From assembly GCA_000091205.1 (NCBI GenBank), contig AP006492.2: a DNA stretch of 64,000 bases. The stretch is one strand, 5' to 3'. The notes under the pieces are model-generated. The model did no database searches. It was not told the origin of the DNA and was given only the letters and a program-made list of their open reading frames with translations. This DNA is from Cyanidioschyzon merolae (taxonomy: Eukaryota). This document shows, in pieces, positions 33,833 through 46,000 of the stretch. Made by a program: the position numbers and the translations under genes. Each line of letters begins with the position of its first letter. Position 1 is the first letter of the stretch.

Positions 33833-34678
33833 ATGAAGCGTAGCCTAGCAGTGATTATTGTCGCAATTCTGCTGTTTGGGTACTCAGCGGTCGTACGGGC
33901 CGCGGTTGTCCGTCGCGCAGCCCCGGCACCTGCTGCATACATGCGAGGAACGGCCTCGGAACTGAAGTTCCGCAGCCAGGCACGTATACGTCTGCCGCCG
34001 CCGCCTCCGCCTCCGCCGAAGCCAACGCCGACGCCACCGCCCGCCGTTGGTGGTGCCGGTGGCGCAGGCGGGGCTGGTGGCGCTGTAGGTAATGGTAACT
34101 ATGGAGGAGCGGGTGGATATGGTGCTTTTGGCGGTGTCGGAGGTAATGGTGGTTTTGGCGGTGGCGGCGGGAACGCTGCCAATGGCGGAAATGCTGGCGA
34201 TGGAGGCACTGGCTTCTTCGGTGGTTCCGGAGGTGCAGGTGGGGACGGTGGATTTGGCAGCTTTGTTGGTAACGGCGGCTTTGGAGGAGACGGTGGAAAT
34301 GCTTCATATTCGGGCTTTGGCGGAACTGGTGGCAATGGAGGTGACGGAGGTGATGCGAGCAATGGAGGATATGGTGGTAATGGTGGGTATGGAGATGGCT
34401 ACGCATTTGGTGGCACCGGCGGTGATGGCGGTGTAGGTGGACCCTCTGGCAATGGTGCTGACGGTGGTGTTGGAGGCGAGGGTGATTTTGGCGGGTTCGG
34501 AGGCACTGGTGGCCCTGGCGGGTTCGGTGGCGCAGTTGCGAACGGTGGCTTTGGAGGCAATGGTGGATACGCATTTGAGGGGGGGAACGGAGGTAATGGT
34601 GGCGTGGGCGGCGGGGGAGGCCTTGCAGCAAACGGCGGCAGAGGAGGCAGCGGTGGCAATGCTAGCTCATTTTATTGA
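33833..34678 (+). CDS. Secreted glycine-rich repeat protein (signal peptide, Pro-rich linker, then ~200 aa of GGxGG-type repeats)
   Basis: 281 aa, ATG confirmed. N-terminus MKRSLAVIIVAILLFGYSAVVRA, then PPPPPPPPKPTPTPPP, then (GG[AND]GG[FYV]GG)n with periodic Asn/Asp/Tyr/Phe. The Pro-rich ORFs on the complementary strand are its mirror. Confidence 0.5.
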   Translation: MKRSLAVIIVAILLFGYSAVVRAAVVRRAAPAPAAYMRGTASELKFRSQARIRLPPPPPPPPKPTPTPPPAVGGAGGAGGAGGAVGNGNYGGAGGYGAFGGVGGNGGFGGGGGNAANGGNAGDGGTGFFGGSGGAGGDGGFGSFVGNGGFGGDGGNASYSGFGGTGGNGGDGGDASNGGYGGNGGYGDGYAFGGTGGDGGVGGPSGNGADGGVGGEGDFGGFGGTGGPGGFGGAVANGGFGGNGGYAFEGGNGGNGGVGGGGGLAANGGRGGSGGNASSFY

Positions 34679-36901
34679 TCGAGCAAGACTTCTACGTACG
34701 CAGACCAACGTTAATGCCGGGATGGATTGAATCTTTTGCCGAACAGGGCCATCATTGGAAAGCCGCATTCGAGAGGATGGCCTCAACAATATCGGGCACC
34801 TAAAGGGCGCACGTCAGATTACAAAAGTCTTGGAAATTTTGGGAGTGCTCCACTTCCGTCCATCAGTCCGGATCTGCGTCTGCTTCCAGATGCAAAAGAT
34901 ACCACGAACGCACGGACGTTGTTGTCAGCACCCAGTATCCAACACAAATTCGGAAGGTCGGCTCCATCGTCGATTTCGATGTCTTTTTTGCAGCGCTGCT
35001 GGAGAAACTCCTTTGAATTCGCTTGCCAGTACGGCAGCGGATTCGCGATCTGGTGGCATTGAGGAATCAACAAGGGCGCTGGGCACTATCCGCCCGAGAG
35101 CGCGTTTTCCTTGCAAGACGCCTTGCCTCGCCGAACGCACTGTAGCAAGGTGCGCGCGTTAGGCCTCAACGGAAGGAGCATTATGTATCGAGCGCGCCCA
35201 AAATTTGAGAGTCCGCGCCCTTGGGGCACGTCACCTACTCCGGTCTTGTGGAAAGGTCCGCGCATGCGTGGCATTCGCGTTCTACCCTCTTACACTGAGC
35301 ACTATGCGTCGAGGCATTTCAGCGGCATGGATCCGTCACAGTCTAGATGTAAACCCGAAAAGTGCTTCTGTTATCGGTGTACGATCAGGAGGAACTCGAC
35401 TAAAATGTCAGGTATGAGGAGCTGATAGATGCTACCCCGGTTTGCGTTCCTGTCCTTTGAGTGTGGTGGGACGAATGTCGACTGGCAAGGCAGTGATCGG
35501 CGGCGAATCCGTATTTCGGCACAAGGTGCTGCCACAGAAAAGAGGACCCAAAATTTCGCGTTCGTAGAGGGGCATCGTGAACGCAGAGACAGGTGTCATG
35601 GACGCCCACGACAAGTTTACCGCAGTCACATGTGCAGGCGGGCACCCAACCGAAGTTGTTTGCGCAGGTGCAAAAGATGGCGTTTTTCCACCGGGCTCGC
35701 AAAATCGTCAAGCGCTCGTGTCGCGACAGCGAATCAGCGTTCTGCATGATACGTCCAGTATGTAACGAACGCCCTATCTGTCACGTCGTATTTTTGGTCA
35801 CTTGATTGTCCAGCATACTTCTAGAAGCGCGTTGCTGACTTTCCGAGGATATCGCACAGCATAGCTCCTCTCCTGTCCGGCGTATGAGAAGCAGACGGGG
35901 GCTCTTGTACAAGAGTCGGCGCTCCTACTGTTCGCCATGGAGGCCCCGAGTCGAACTTCTGTTCAATATATAGTCTAGATAGAGAGGCTGGCAATACCCA
36001 GCGCCCAGAGCTCTGATTCTTCGTGCCTCATGAGATCGATGGGCGTAGGCAATACCGATTAACGAGCAAAAAGCTGTGGCAGCGAGCGAACGTGATTCCT
36101 TGTAAAGTCTAGTCAATACAATCGTGTCGCGCCGACTAGCAACGACCACATATCGCAATGTCAGTGCTGGTGCAGCGTCGCATCGACAGTCGGACGCACT
36201 GGCATAACGCGCTGAACGTCAGACATGCAAAGGTAGGGCAGGAGACCAGGAAACAGCGCGGTGTCCATTTGATTCAGTTTCGTCCCAACAATCACGAAGC
36301 AACGAATGAGTACCGAAAAGGTTTCGTGCATACAAAGCGAAGAATGCATCCACGCGCAACATTCGCCAGAGCAGATAGAGTGCATTCCCGTATTGAGGCA
36401 ACCATATATAAGACGGATCTTCCTTCAGTGCATACATTTGGAGCCCAAGTCGTGAGCCCTTGTTACGATGCCCTGCGTTTGCACGCGCATCATCGAGGCA
36501 AGTGTGCCGCCAAACGAATACTTCGCAAAGCGACAACGCTGCGTGACGCCTCGCCCGTGCGCACTGCACCTCAGCGGGCGACGCTCCCCGTAATGCACCA
36601 GCGATCATATTGGGAACGTGAGTTTCCTTAATCCTGCTGCGGCACAGTGCGAGGTCGCAGCGACAAGAAACCTCGGCAGCATGCTCCCGAAATCACCAGC
36701 AGGTTCGCAGGTCCTATCTGTTTCACCCGCTAAACGAACATCTCGAGTCCTCTGCCAGAATGAGGACATCCATGCACAATTCTAGTGAGCGTATCCGCGA
36801 GAGGCCGCCAAATAGCCATAGCACGTGCTTAGCGGCGGCGGAGTCCCGGAGGTAACGCACTCGCTATCGCTGTGCGCGCAGCCTCAATCAGGTCTGTCAC
36901 A

Positions 36902-37510
36902 CTATGATCCGCAGTTTGGATCGCAGGATGAATGGTTAGCGTGATCCGCAGTTTGGATCGCAGGATGAATGGTTAGCGTGATCCGCTGTCTAGGCCTCCG
37001 CAGCGGTGCCAGCGCCCAGGGCGGCATCACTTCCGCCGTGCCTGTAATCGTCAGTGAAACTATCGGTACCCCAGCTTGCTTTGCGACCCGAAACGGGCGC
37101 TGTTTGAAAGCACGGAGCATCCCGTCTTTCGAGCGCGTGCCCTCCGGAAAAAGCAACAGCGACACCCCGCGTTCCAGTCGCGAAACCATTTCTCGAAAGA
37201 CCCGCAGTTGATCCCGTCGACTATCCCGCTCAATCCCGATTTGACGAGCCATGCCCACCGCCCAGCCGATACTAGGGATCGCAAAAATGCTTCTTTTGGA
37301 GACAAACTTGAAAAACCGGCCTAGAAACGACACCGTGTAGATGTCCAGGTACGAATTGTGATTGCACACATAAAGCACAGTGGCATCAGGCGGAAGCAGA
37401 TTCTCCGTACCAACGGCACGCTGATGAATACCAGTGCTCAGCATGGACAGTCGCATGCAGAGCATCGCGATCCAGTCGTAAGCGCGCGCTCGGTATGGAT
37501 CACGGATCAT
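36902..37510 (-). CDS. PlsC-like 1-acyl-sn-glycerol-3-phosphate acyltransferase (LPAAT); probably disrupted, with a 5' end abutting a transposon relic and a 3' end frameshifted by a 37-bp duplication
   Basis: 202 aa. Acyltransferase motif I VCNHNSYLDI (NHxxxxD), motif III FPEGTRS, and IVSLTITG. No N-terminal membrane anchor is present. Its ATG (37508-37510) overlaps the stop of the repeat-family ORF 37507..37908. Confidence 0.6.
   Translation of the reverse strand: MIRDPYRARAYDWIAMLCMRLSMLSTGIHQRAVGTENLLPPDATVLYVCNHNSYLDIYTVSFLGRFFKFVSKRSIFAIPSIGWAVGMARQIGIERDSRRDQLRVFREMVSRLERGVSLLLFPEGTRSKDGMLRAFKQRPFRVAKQAGVPIVSLTITGTAEVMPPWALAPLRRPRQRITLTIHPAIQTADHANHSSCDPNCGS
36906..36979. repeat. Perfect 37-bp tandem duplication (gatccgcagtttggatcgcaggatgaatggttagcgt x2) followed by a diverged partial third copy
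   Basis: Units at 36906-36942 and 36943-36979 are identical. Removing one unit restores a longer frame, ...TADHSVTDLIEAARTAIASALPPGLRRR-stop (ending ~36832), in place of the present ...TADHANHSSCDPNCGS-stop. Confidence 0.9.
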
Positions 37511-39000
37511 TCCATACGTTTCTTGCCGTTGGGAGTTGTACTCACTAATGCAAGGAGTCCATGAACTTTCGCCCTCCTTTCCATTTGCTCCTCCGTCAGC
37601 GGTCCGTACTGTGCTATATCCTCAGGACTCCGTTGGCATTTTTCCATCTCCACTCTCTGAAGTGTGCAACCAAGTTCATGGTGTGTATACGACGCTCGGA
37701 ACTCATCTACAGGTATTGTAACGAAACGCCGTGCGCACTCCCTGCATGTTCTTGTCGTTGGAGCTGGCGTAGTTCCTTTTTGGGTCTTCCAGCGCCCTGC
37801 CCCAAAAGCTACTACGAGCCTTAGACTCTCGTCCTCCTCCAAGGCGCTCAAGTGATTGGAAAAGATCGCGAATGCACGCTGCTTCCCACAGTACAAATTC
37901 ATTCGCAAACGAGCTCACCGAGGCTCGGTATACTCCTCCCACAGCGCATCCCAATGAGCAACGCGAACTTCCATGAATTCCCGAAAAGCTTCAAAGTCCG
38001 CGCCCTGGCTCGTCACCTCGCTCATAGCTTCCAGGTGATCCCTCATTCCTGCATTCCACGTCTCGATATTTTTCCTCGCATTCGTTATACGGGATTCTCG
38101 ATAGTATCTCGCTCTCGAGAACCTCAAAAGAAGCATATATTTCTGACGTATGTTGCCGTCGGTGCAATCTTCCGCACGCTTGGGTACAGCGATGGATATG
38201 ATATTCTTGTTCCAGGGGTTAAGGCCGACGACAAAGTCGTTCTCGTGGGGATTATACATCCAGTGGCCCGCCTTCTTGTTTCCGTGCTTCGGCAAGTGCG
38301 ATAACGTACACGGGATAGGACGAACTGCCTGCAACCGCTGATAGTCTACACATATGTATACCCCATCGTTGTCGATTGTCCCCGTGAATACCTTTTTTTC
38401 GCCGGTCTGGGACGCTTGAAATCGAAGATATTCTGCCAGTAGGAGTCCCGGTCTTCGCCGATGATTTCTTTGTTGCTCACACCGAGCGCTGGACTGATCT
38501 CCTTCATGAAGACGGAGAGGACTCTAGAGTCAATAGTAACAAAATGTGACTTGGACTCGCGTAAGCGAACGACAATGAAGCGCATCTGGAGAAGCGATTG
38601 AATGTCATCTCTCCAACGCTTCATTTTTTCCGTACTCAGCTCCATTTCGGCCTTGCGTTCGAGTTCTCGGTCCAAAAACATGAAGTAGGAGAGAATAAGG
38701 GGATAACATCTCTCTTCGTTTTTTCTCATATCTGACAATTTTTCTCTTGGGTTGACAAGCCCCAAGACCGAACGATGCTTTTGATGAGTCGCGCGAATTA
38801 CAGAAGCCCTATTTTTTCTAGAGCGTGATTTCCCCTTGTCGATGAATTCGATCTGCTGTTCATGCTGGCGATCGTCCTTCACACCGTCGATGACTGCCCA
38901 CATCCCTTCACGAAACAGGCCCGGGTACAGCGCAAAGACGGCGCGTGTCATGAAAAATTTGGGTATACGATCTTATTGTTCCTCACATTCGTGAGGAACC
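37507..39000 (-). mobile_element. Copy C (more diverged) of the TnpB/Fanzor-like family: a pseudogenised nuclease ORF broken into three or more pieces, with a terminal hairpin
   Basis: ORF 37507..37908 (...LVVAFGAGRWKTQKG..RFVTIPVDEFRASYTHHELGCTLQ...EEQMERRAKVHGLLALVSTTPNGKKRME) aligns at protein level with the C-terminal fragments in copies A and B (EKHAELTEPQMVLMARVRGIGVLMSS.. / EKHEEVTEQQIERRARVRGPVALVST..) and stops just before the RuvC-III motif. ORF 37915..38334 has FVVGLNPWNKNIISIAV (a degenerate GIDPG..N RuvC-I). ORF 38346..38951 continues upstream. A 9-bp-stem hairpin gttcctcac-attc-gtgaggaac sits at 38979-39000. GC content is lower than the surroundings. Confidence 0.4.
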
Positions 39001-41217
39001 TCATTGCCCTGTATTCGTAGGTATCTGCGTCACCCCTGTATCGCGCACCGTAGAAGCGGGAGCTTGCGTAATTTTTCGGAGAGCATGGACTGTCTCATTT
39101 CTCCTCGATGTTTCGCAGGTGCCAAACATCAACTGGCTGACAAAGGTCATGTTGAAAACTTCTCCCGGAAACATCACTGTTTCGATGTGCATTGCGTTGC
39201 GGTATATCTCCCTCCGCAAATGCATCAGTCCCGAAAAAAGCGTTACAAACATAGCTTGAGCACGAATCGCCATCGTTTCTGAAGGCCTGTCGCAACGTTT
39301 CCTTGTATGGATCCTTAATATGCCCAAGAAGACAGAATTTCATCACCATTTCATCGATCAGTCGTCTTTCTTGCAACCTTTGACGAAGGGCCTCCCGTTT
39401 TTGCTTCTTCGCGTTAGCCTGTTCCTCTGCACTCGGCACTGTCCTTTGTTCTCTTCCGGCGGCCGGCAATACCGGTCATCCAGAACCCCATACCTCCAGT
39501 TGCATAAGTTTCGGTTTTTATATAAAACACTAGGGACGCTTCTGCTTTAAACGACGACAAATCAGTTAAATACTTTACCTTGAAGGTTGAAACACGATTG
39601 AAGTAAAACCTACACTTTGCTATCATTTGATCGCAAATACAACTGGCCCCGACACAGCTGTAGGCCAAAAAGTGGCCATTATCGCGTTTCTCTTCGCCGG
39701 CGAGACAGGTTGCGTGTTGTGACGGCCAGATATCGTGGTGCGCGTACGGGCCATATAATACAAAAAAAGAACGGAGTGTGGCCAATTACTTGCAACGAGG
39801 TAACGGTTCCTTTTCACATCTATTGCAGACCTTGAAAAGAGGAACCTTTTGCTCATGGTCTAACGATTACCTTCGAGGTGGAAGGTCCCACACACCGGAA
39901 GACGCTACCTGCTTTTGCTCCGCGTGACTCTGAGTGGTGGAGAATGTGACGCACCTGAGCGTCTCGTCCGAATCGCGTTTGGTTCTGGGACTAGGAGCGG
40001 ATGTGCTGCCTATGGGCGTCACCTTGGTCGCGGTGGACTCCTAGGATACCGCTTCGCGGTACCGCAGGCTGAAGGTCTGCATGTACAGCTTGGAGGCTCC
40101 CAGAAATGTAAATAGCCCTGATTCCGTTTCGCGTGAACCAAGCCTCTTCCGACGCCCTCAGTGGTATTGCGAAGCCGTTCTGTCACCGTGGTGCATTAGC
40201 ACCAGCGGTGTAGGTGCTATTCCGGGTGCTCAAGGAAGGTTAGGTGCACCGTTGAACGTGCGAAACAAGCAGTTCATTCGAGAGAAAGTAGGGGTGATGG
40301 AACGTGGAGAAAGAGTGCAGCATGAGGACGCATTCCCGAAAGCCAATATCGATCAGGCAATCTGGGATATATGGTCAGTGGAGACGTTCTGTCGAACCAA
40401 AGAAAGCATAGCGCCGGAGGGAATTCCCTAATGGCTCTGGTGTTCGACGCATCGCCTTGGCAGATGCATATGCGCTGAAATCATCCCGCAGGAGGAAATT
40501 CCCTTATACTTCCGCTGGGCCGGTGCCCGCGGGCGGCAAACGTAGCACTTGCGCGTTTCCACTGCATGATTGACACGCAGTTACCGCCGTGGAGAGGCAC
40601 ACGTTAAGCTCGTTTGGAGCAACTGACCAGCTGCAGTCATATATACGTATCTCATCAACGGAGCGTCTTCAGAGACGTGAGCAAAGACGCGCAGGTCGTT
40701 TTGCGCTAAGCTTTAGAGGCTCGTGCGCGGTCTAAGATAGACGTCGACGCGCCGGTGTTGAGGAGAACGAAAACAGCGCCCTTGTGTGTGTAGTTGTCTG
40801 TCGAAAGACGAACAACTTCACTCCAGTAGAGCGTAAACGGGCGCCCCGGAGTCACGGATTTTGAAACTTGAGAAAACACTGGTGCGAAAGCACTCGTCTT
40901 TTCCACGGACTACACGCGTCACGGCGAGAGCGGGGCTCGTTGCTCATCAGTCGCGGCCGGGACGATTCTGAACCACGGAGACGTGAGTGCTACAGCCCAG
41001 TACACTGGATCAAGCGTTGAATGCACGTGCTCCTGGGGATATTGATAACGGCGCTTCTGATCGCCGCTGCGTTCTGGGTCGCATTGTCGATGGTGCGTCT
41101 GGAACGGCGCCTTGCGGAGCACGAGCAGCAGGCAACACAACGTTTATTGGAACCGCGTAAACCTGGTGAGCGCAGCGTGCGCGCGGAAACGAGCACTGCG
41201 CTCTCGTAGCAATACAT

Positions 41218-42582
41218 ATGGAGCGCTTGGGTGACGCCTGGGCGGGTTTCGGGAACGGCAACTGCAACTGCGGTTACAGTGACTGTTGCGGCACTGGTGA
41301 AATCTGCAAGCATGGTACGGAGGTACCGATGCAGGTATGCGGCGACGTTGCGGAAATAGACCGTACGACACCGCAAGCAGGTTGCACGGCATCACCGGGC
41401 TCGGCATCGGCACCGACTCGCCAGACGAGGCGACTCACGAATCGATTTGGTGCAGCTGTTCTCGCAGCTGCTCGCGGGTGGACAGAGCGGCCACTCTCGA
41501 CAACAGCCGCTGATAATGAAGCGGAGCCGGAACTCGCCGAGAACCTTCCATCGCACTTACCGTTGCGGAGACGGCTGATCAGCCGTACCGGCGTGAGCGA
41601 CTTGCCAGTGTCCACCTCAGAGCACGAGTTTTGGGACCTCTTCTACCGACAAAAGCGTGACCGATTTTTCAAACATCGTTACAATCTGCGAGCAGCGTTC
41701 CCAGAACTTGTACCGCCAAGCGTTCGGGCGGCACCGCATCGGCACGTGCCCGTGCATGAGCCACTACGCCCCCTGGTACCCGATGCGCGACACGTGCTGG
41801 AGGCGTCGCCAGACGAGCCGTCTCACTGGATGCTTGATGATTTCGAGCCTGCGCTAACGCACGGTAAAGTTGTTGTCGCCGAGTGCGGGTGTGGGGTCGG
41901 GAACGCGTTGATCCCGCTGTTGCGTGCGAATCCGGATCTCTTCTTCTTCGCCTTTGACTACTCTTTGGTGGCGCTACGCCTGCTGCTGTTGCAGCCTGAG
42001 TTCGACCAGGCACGCATCTACGCGTACTGCGCTGATCTAGGCGCGCCCGCTGCTCATACAACCGCCTTCGAAGCACCGCATGCGGCTGCTGAGACGCGCT
42101 CCGCAGCAGAAGCACCAGTCCGGAGTGCGCCTGCTGCCCAGCGCTGGACGACGGGCGTCTATCGTGCCCCGCCGCTGACTTGTGATTTCGTGACCTGCGT
42201 CTGGACGCTGAGCGCGCTACCCGTTGCATCGTTACCGCTGGCGGCATCGCGACTAGCTGCCATGCTGAGGCCGGGCGGAGCGCTGCTGCTGCGCGACTAC
42301 GCGGTTGGCGACCTCGCAGAGCTACGGCACCCGGCATGTGCGCGCGTTGGTACCGATCCGCAGCGTCACGAGTACCTCCGTGGCGACGGCACTCGCGTCC
42401 ACTACTTCCAAGTGGCAGAGCTAGAGAATTTATTCCAGCAAGCAGGTTTACAAACTGAATATGCACATATCGTCGAGCGTGAAATCGTGAACCGCCAGAA
42501 ACGACTCGTGATGCATCGCAGATGGATTGCGGGCAAATGGCGGAAACCGGATCTCGCACCAGCGCCAGCACGCATCCGGTGA
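41218..42582 (+). CDS. METTL2/METTL6-family methyltransferase (tRNA N3-methylcytidine methyltransferase-like) with an unusual Cys-rich N-terminal extension
   Basis: 454 aa. HEFWDLFYRQKRDRFFKHRYNLRAAFPEL matches the (F/Y)WDxFY...FFKDRHWL..EFPEL signature. AECGCGVGNALIPLL is the SAM-binding motif I. CDFVTCVWTLSALP, GGALLLRDYAVGDLAELRH and YLRGDGTRVHYFQVAELENLFQQAGL are also conserved. The N-terminal 60 aa read GNGNCNCGYSDCCGTGEICKHG; an alternative ATG is at ~41329. Confidence 0.7.
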   Translation: MERLGDAWAGFGNGNCNCGYSDCCGTGEICKHGTEVPMQVCGDVAEIDRTTPQAGCTASPGSASAPTRQTRRLTNRFGAAVLAAARGWTERPLSTTAADNEAEPELAENLPSHLPLRRRLISRTGVSDLPVSTSEHEFWDLFYRQKRDRFFKHRYNLRAAFPELVPPSVRAAPHRHVPVHEPLRPLVPDARHVLEASPDEPSHWMLDDFEPALTHGKVVVAECGCGVGNALIPLLRANPDLFFFAFDYSLVALRLLLLQPEFDQARIYAYCADLGAPAAHTTAFEAPHAAAETRSAAEAPVRSAPAAQRWTTGVYRAPPLTCDFVTCVWTLSALPVASLPLAASRLAAMLRPGGALLLRDYAVGDLAELRHPACARVGTDPQRHEYLRGDGTRVHYFQVAELENLFQQAGLQTEYAHIVEREIVNRQKRLVMHRRWIAGKWRKPDLAPAPARIR

Positions 42583-43022
42583 CGTGTCCGCGCGCATGCG
42601 TGCGATCGAAGGTGCGGCCTCCAGCTACCATTCGCTGCCAATAACTATCTGTAAATGTATATACTGGTATATACATGTATATAAATATACGTCCTTGTAC
42701 GAATGGAATCCTCTACGCACGAGACAGGGTCCGTGTCCGCGATGCACGCTTCGGGGCTTGGACGGTGTATCGAGTGCAAGGCGAACACAGTGGGCACTTG
42801 CTGTGCACATACACATGCGTCGCCGTTCTTGCGCTTTCAGAAACATAAGCCAAGGATAGATACAGTTGTGCAGATGCTGGGTGCAAGAGGCGCCGCAGCA
42901 GGTCACGCTCTGATACCACGCTTGAGCTGTGCATAGCAACCCATCTTTACAGCGCAATGACGGTGGACACGTCTCGGTATCGCGTGCGCTTCGCGCTCGC
43001 TACCGCGCTAGGTCCAAGCATC

Positions 43023-46000
43023 CTAGCCATCCCCGGGAAACACGCATGGAAGCATCCGGTGCCCCAGGGTGAAGAGCATGCCCCTGCGACGATACCGCTC
43101 GGTGCACACTGGCGGCGGATCACGCTTCCAGCCGCCTTTTTCAGTATAAAACGAGTCGAGTGACGTAATGGCCGAGTCCGTACGGTGTAGTGACGCAATC
43201 TGTTCGGCTGCAACTGATTCGGCGAGCACTTGCCGCAGCGAGCCTTCCTCTTCAGTGCGAGCCTGCGTTTTGCGCGGCATGGCGGCCTCTCGATGCGCCT
43301 GCTGCTTCCGTTTTTGCGCGTTTCGGAATGCTTCCATGCGTTGTCGAAAGCGTGCAAACAAAAGCATCCGCCGGCCGGTTGGCGCGCAATGCTGCATCCT
43401 TGTGCCTGTCGCCGTTTCAGGTGCCTGCTCCAGTGGATGGAGCTGGCGGCGTGAGAATGACACGCTGTGCCATACATCGTTCATGAAGACACCGATCGAT
43501 GGGATCACGGCCTTGTCGGTGGCGAAGCCACGTTGCAAATACATCAACAAATCCTCAAAGGGAATCTCCGGGGAGAGCCTGCCCGCGTGTTCTGCTCGCT
43601 TCAACAACGTCAGCGTCGCGCGATGGAGAACCTTGACGTGGCCGTCGAGGAGCAGCGCGTCCCAGACGCGGCTCACGAGCGGAAACGGGAAATTGTACAG
43701 GAGAGCGGTAAGGTACCATTTGTCCGCGAACATCATGGGCGTAATACCTTTCGCCTCAAGCAGGCGTGCAGTCCGGGGCAGTTTCCGATGCAGAAGCCAA
43801 GCGAACGCCTCTACGCTCTGACATAGACGAGTAAACCCCGGAAGAAAAAACTCCCGAAACTGCAACGCTCCCTGCATAAACTGCACAAGCATGAAAAAGC
43901 AGCGCTCCTCGCTGCCGCCCGCGTATATGTACAGCGCTCCGGTGATGCTCGACATGCCCTGGCAGTAGCCCACGGCCGGATCCAGACAGGCATAAGCTCG
44001 CAGAATGTTGCGCAAGGCGCCAAGTCCCAGGGCTGCCCCACCGCGCCAGAACAATCGATGGTTGCAGAACGTCCTCGTGACGTCTCGGTCGATGATATCG
44101 AGCACTTCACGCGGCACTGGACCGCTTCCCGGGGCCGGCATGGTACTCGCTGCTGCACCACCACGGCTTCCAGTGGTGTCAGCGCGGGACGAGTCCGGTG
44201 CCGCAGTAGCCTTGCGCAAAAGCGTGCGGTACCAGTTGGGCGGCGACCGACCCCGTCGGCGCTCTACCTCCAAGAACAGAGGCCAAAAATACTTTCTCAG
44301 GCGATCGGGGATGCCACAACGACGCACCAGTCTCTGCGTTCGTCGAAAGAGCTCCGGGGGGCAGCGCGGCTCGTCGCTTTCATTGAATCTCCGCCACGCT
44401 CGCAGCAGTTCTAGCCAGGTCGAGGGCGGCTCGCTCGGTATCCGCTGCGTGTGTGCAAACATGGATGCACAGCAAAGACGCCGCCCGGGGCCCACGCTTT
44501 CGGTGTCAAGAGTCTCTGGTGCGGCTGGTACCACGGACGCCTTCTCGTCTATGGGCGTCGCTCCTGGTCGTGGTGCACGCGCGGCTTCACCAGCTGGCTC
44601 TGCGCCCGAAAGCGAATGACTGTGTCGGCTGCTAGTTCTTCGAAGCAGTCGTGCCGGGGCCGCCTCGATCGACGCAGAATCCAGGGTAGCGGTTAACTGA
44701 TCTTTTGTGTTGCGCGGCGCACTTGTTGTAGCAGCGGTGGGCGTATCCGGCCCGGCAGCATCGGATGCAGCAGCCCCCGTGCGGGCCGAGGCCTCCGTTT
44801 GCTGCCGAGCGGACTCGCTGCTTTCGAGACGCTCCGCAAGCTGCAAAGCGTCCTCGATAGCTGTCGAGGCCTCGGGAGCAGCCGCGGTCGCATCCCTACC
44901 TTCCAGTCCAGCTGCGAATGGCCGCCAAGGGCGACGACTCCGCCAGTCAAGCCGGCGGGCCCGCATCCGCAGCGACGCTCTTCTTTCCGACTGGGTTCCG
45001 CGACTCGAACTCCGACGGCGACCAGCGGCGTGCTGTTCTGGTGTCTGCACCAGCGGATCATCATCCAAAAGCTGTGACTCTGGTCTATTCGTCACCAGAA
45101 AACCGAAACAGTCTTCCCACTTGCCCGCCAGGACGCATGCTGCATCCGTCGCGAGCATCGATAGCGGAATCTCGCCCAGTTCACTGTACCGTCGTGCCGC
45201 TACAGCGAGGAAAGCGCCCAGCCCTGCTTGACGCCAAAGTCGATGCAGCGCGCCAAAGCGGGGCTCGTTCGTGGCTCGAATCGTGTCAAACGCTTTCTTC
45301 ATAATGAGAGGTGGAAAGCGCATACAGAACGAGGACCTATCCATGATATCGTTGCGGAGCACGAAGGCAAACGCTGGTAAGACCAGGGAGGTCGAAAACG
45401 CCAGGTACAGCGGATCAGCTGCTGTGGCGGCCATCGACTCGGGATTCGGGCGCGACACAGCCGCGCAGCTCTCGAGTACATGTAGAAATGCATACGCGGC
45501 AGCGTGGTATGGAAAGTCGCTCAGGATTAGTGCTTGCTCATCGGCATCCGACATTATGGGGCATCGCGAAAGCGCCATCGACGGGTGCCGCACCTGACAA
45601 GCGGCATGAATGTTGGCACTCGGCTCCGGGATCGTCGTCGATGAATCTTCAGCAGGCAGCAGAACGCTGTGTCGATATGGCTTGGTATAGAGATACCGCG
45701 GCGCTGACGCTAATGGTGATTCTGGTGCTGTTGGAAATTGCACTGGTGTCGCTGCTTCTTCGATTCTACCGTCGGTGTTGCCCTCCGCAAGTCTCACGAC
45801 CCGTTGTGATGCTGTTCGCAAACACGAGGAAGCATCGGACCGGTTGGCGGCTGCCAAAACCCGCGCGTATTCGAACGCATCCCAGAACTCTGCTTCGTTC
45901 GGATCCGTCGCCAGCGATGGGTCGATGAAACCCTCCGCATCGTGACTATCCCAAGACTGCTCACTTCCTACGTCATCGTCCGTGGCGCCGGGTGTCACCG

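Noticed and set aside
34092-34659. Proline-rich ORFs on the minus strand and an alternative plus frame
   Set aside because: These are reverse-complement and frame-shifted readings of the GGN-rich glycine-repeat gene. The plus-strand frame is preferred because of its ATG plus signal peptide.
39001-39469. Minus-strand ORFs just beyond element copy C
   Set aside because: They could be an N-terminal part of a longer Fanzor-like protein, but there is no motif support. The hairpin at 38979-39000 and the ~1.4 kb unit size of other copies suggest the element ends before them.
41669-42676. 335-aa Arg-rich minus-strand ORF
   Set aside because: It is antisense to the well-supported METTL2/6-like gene.
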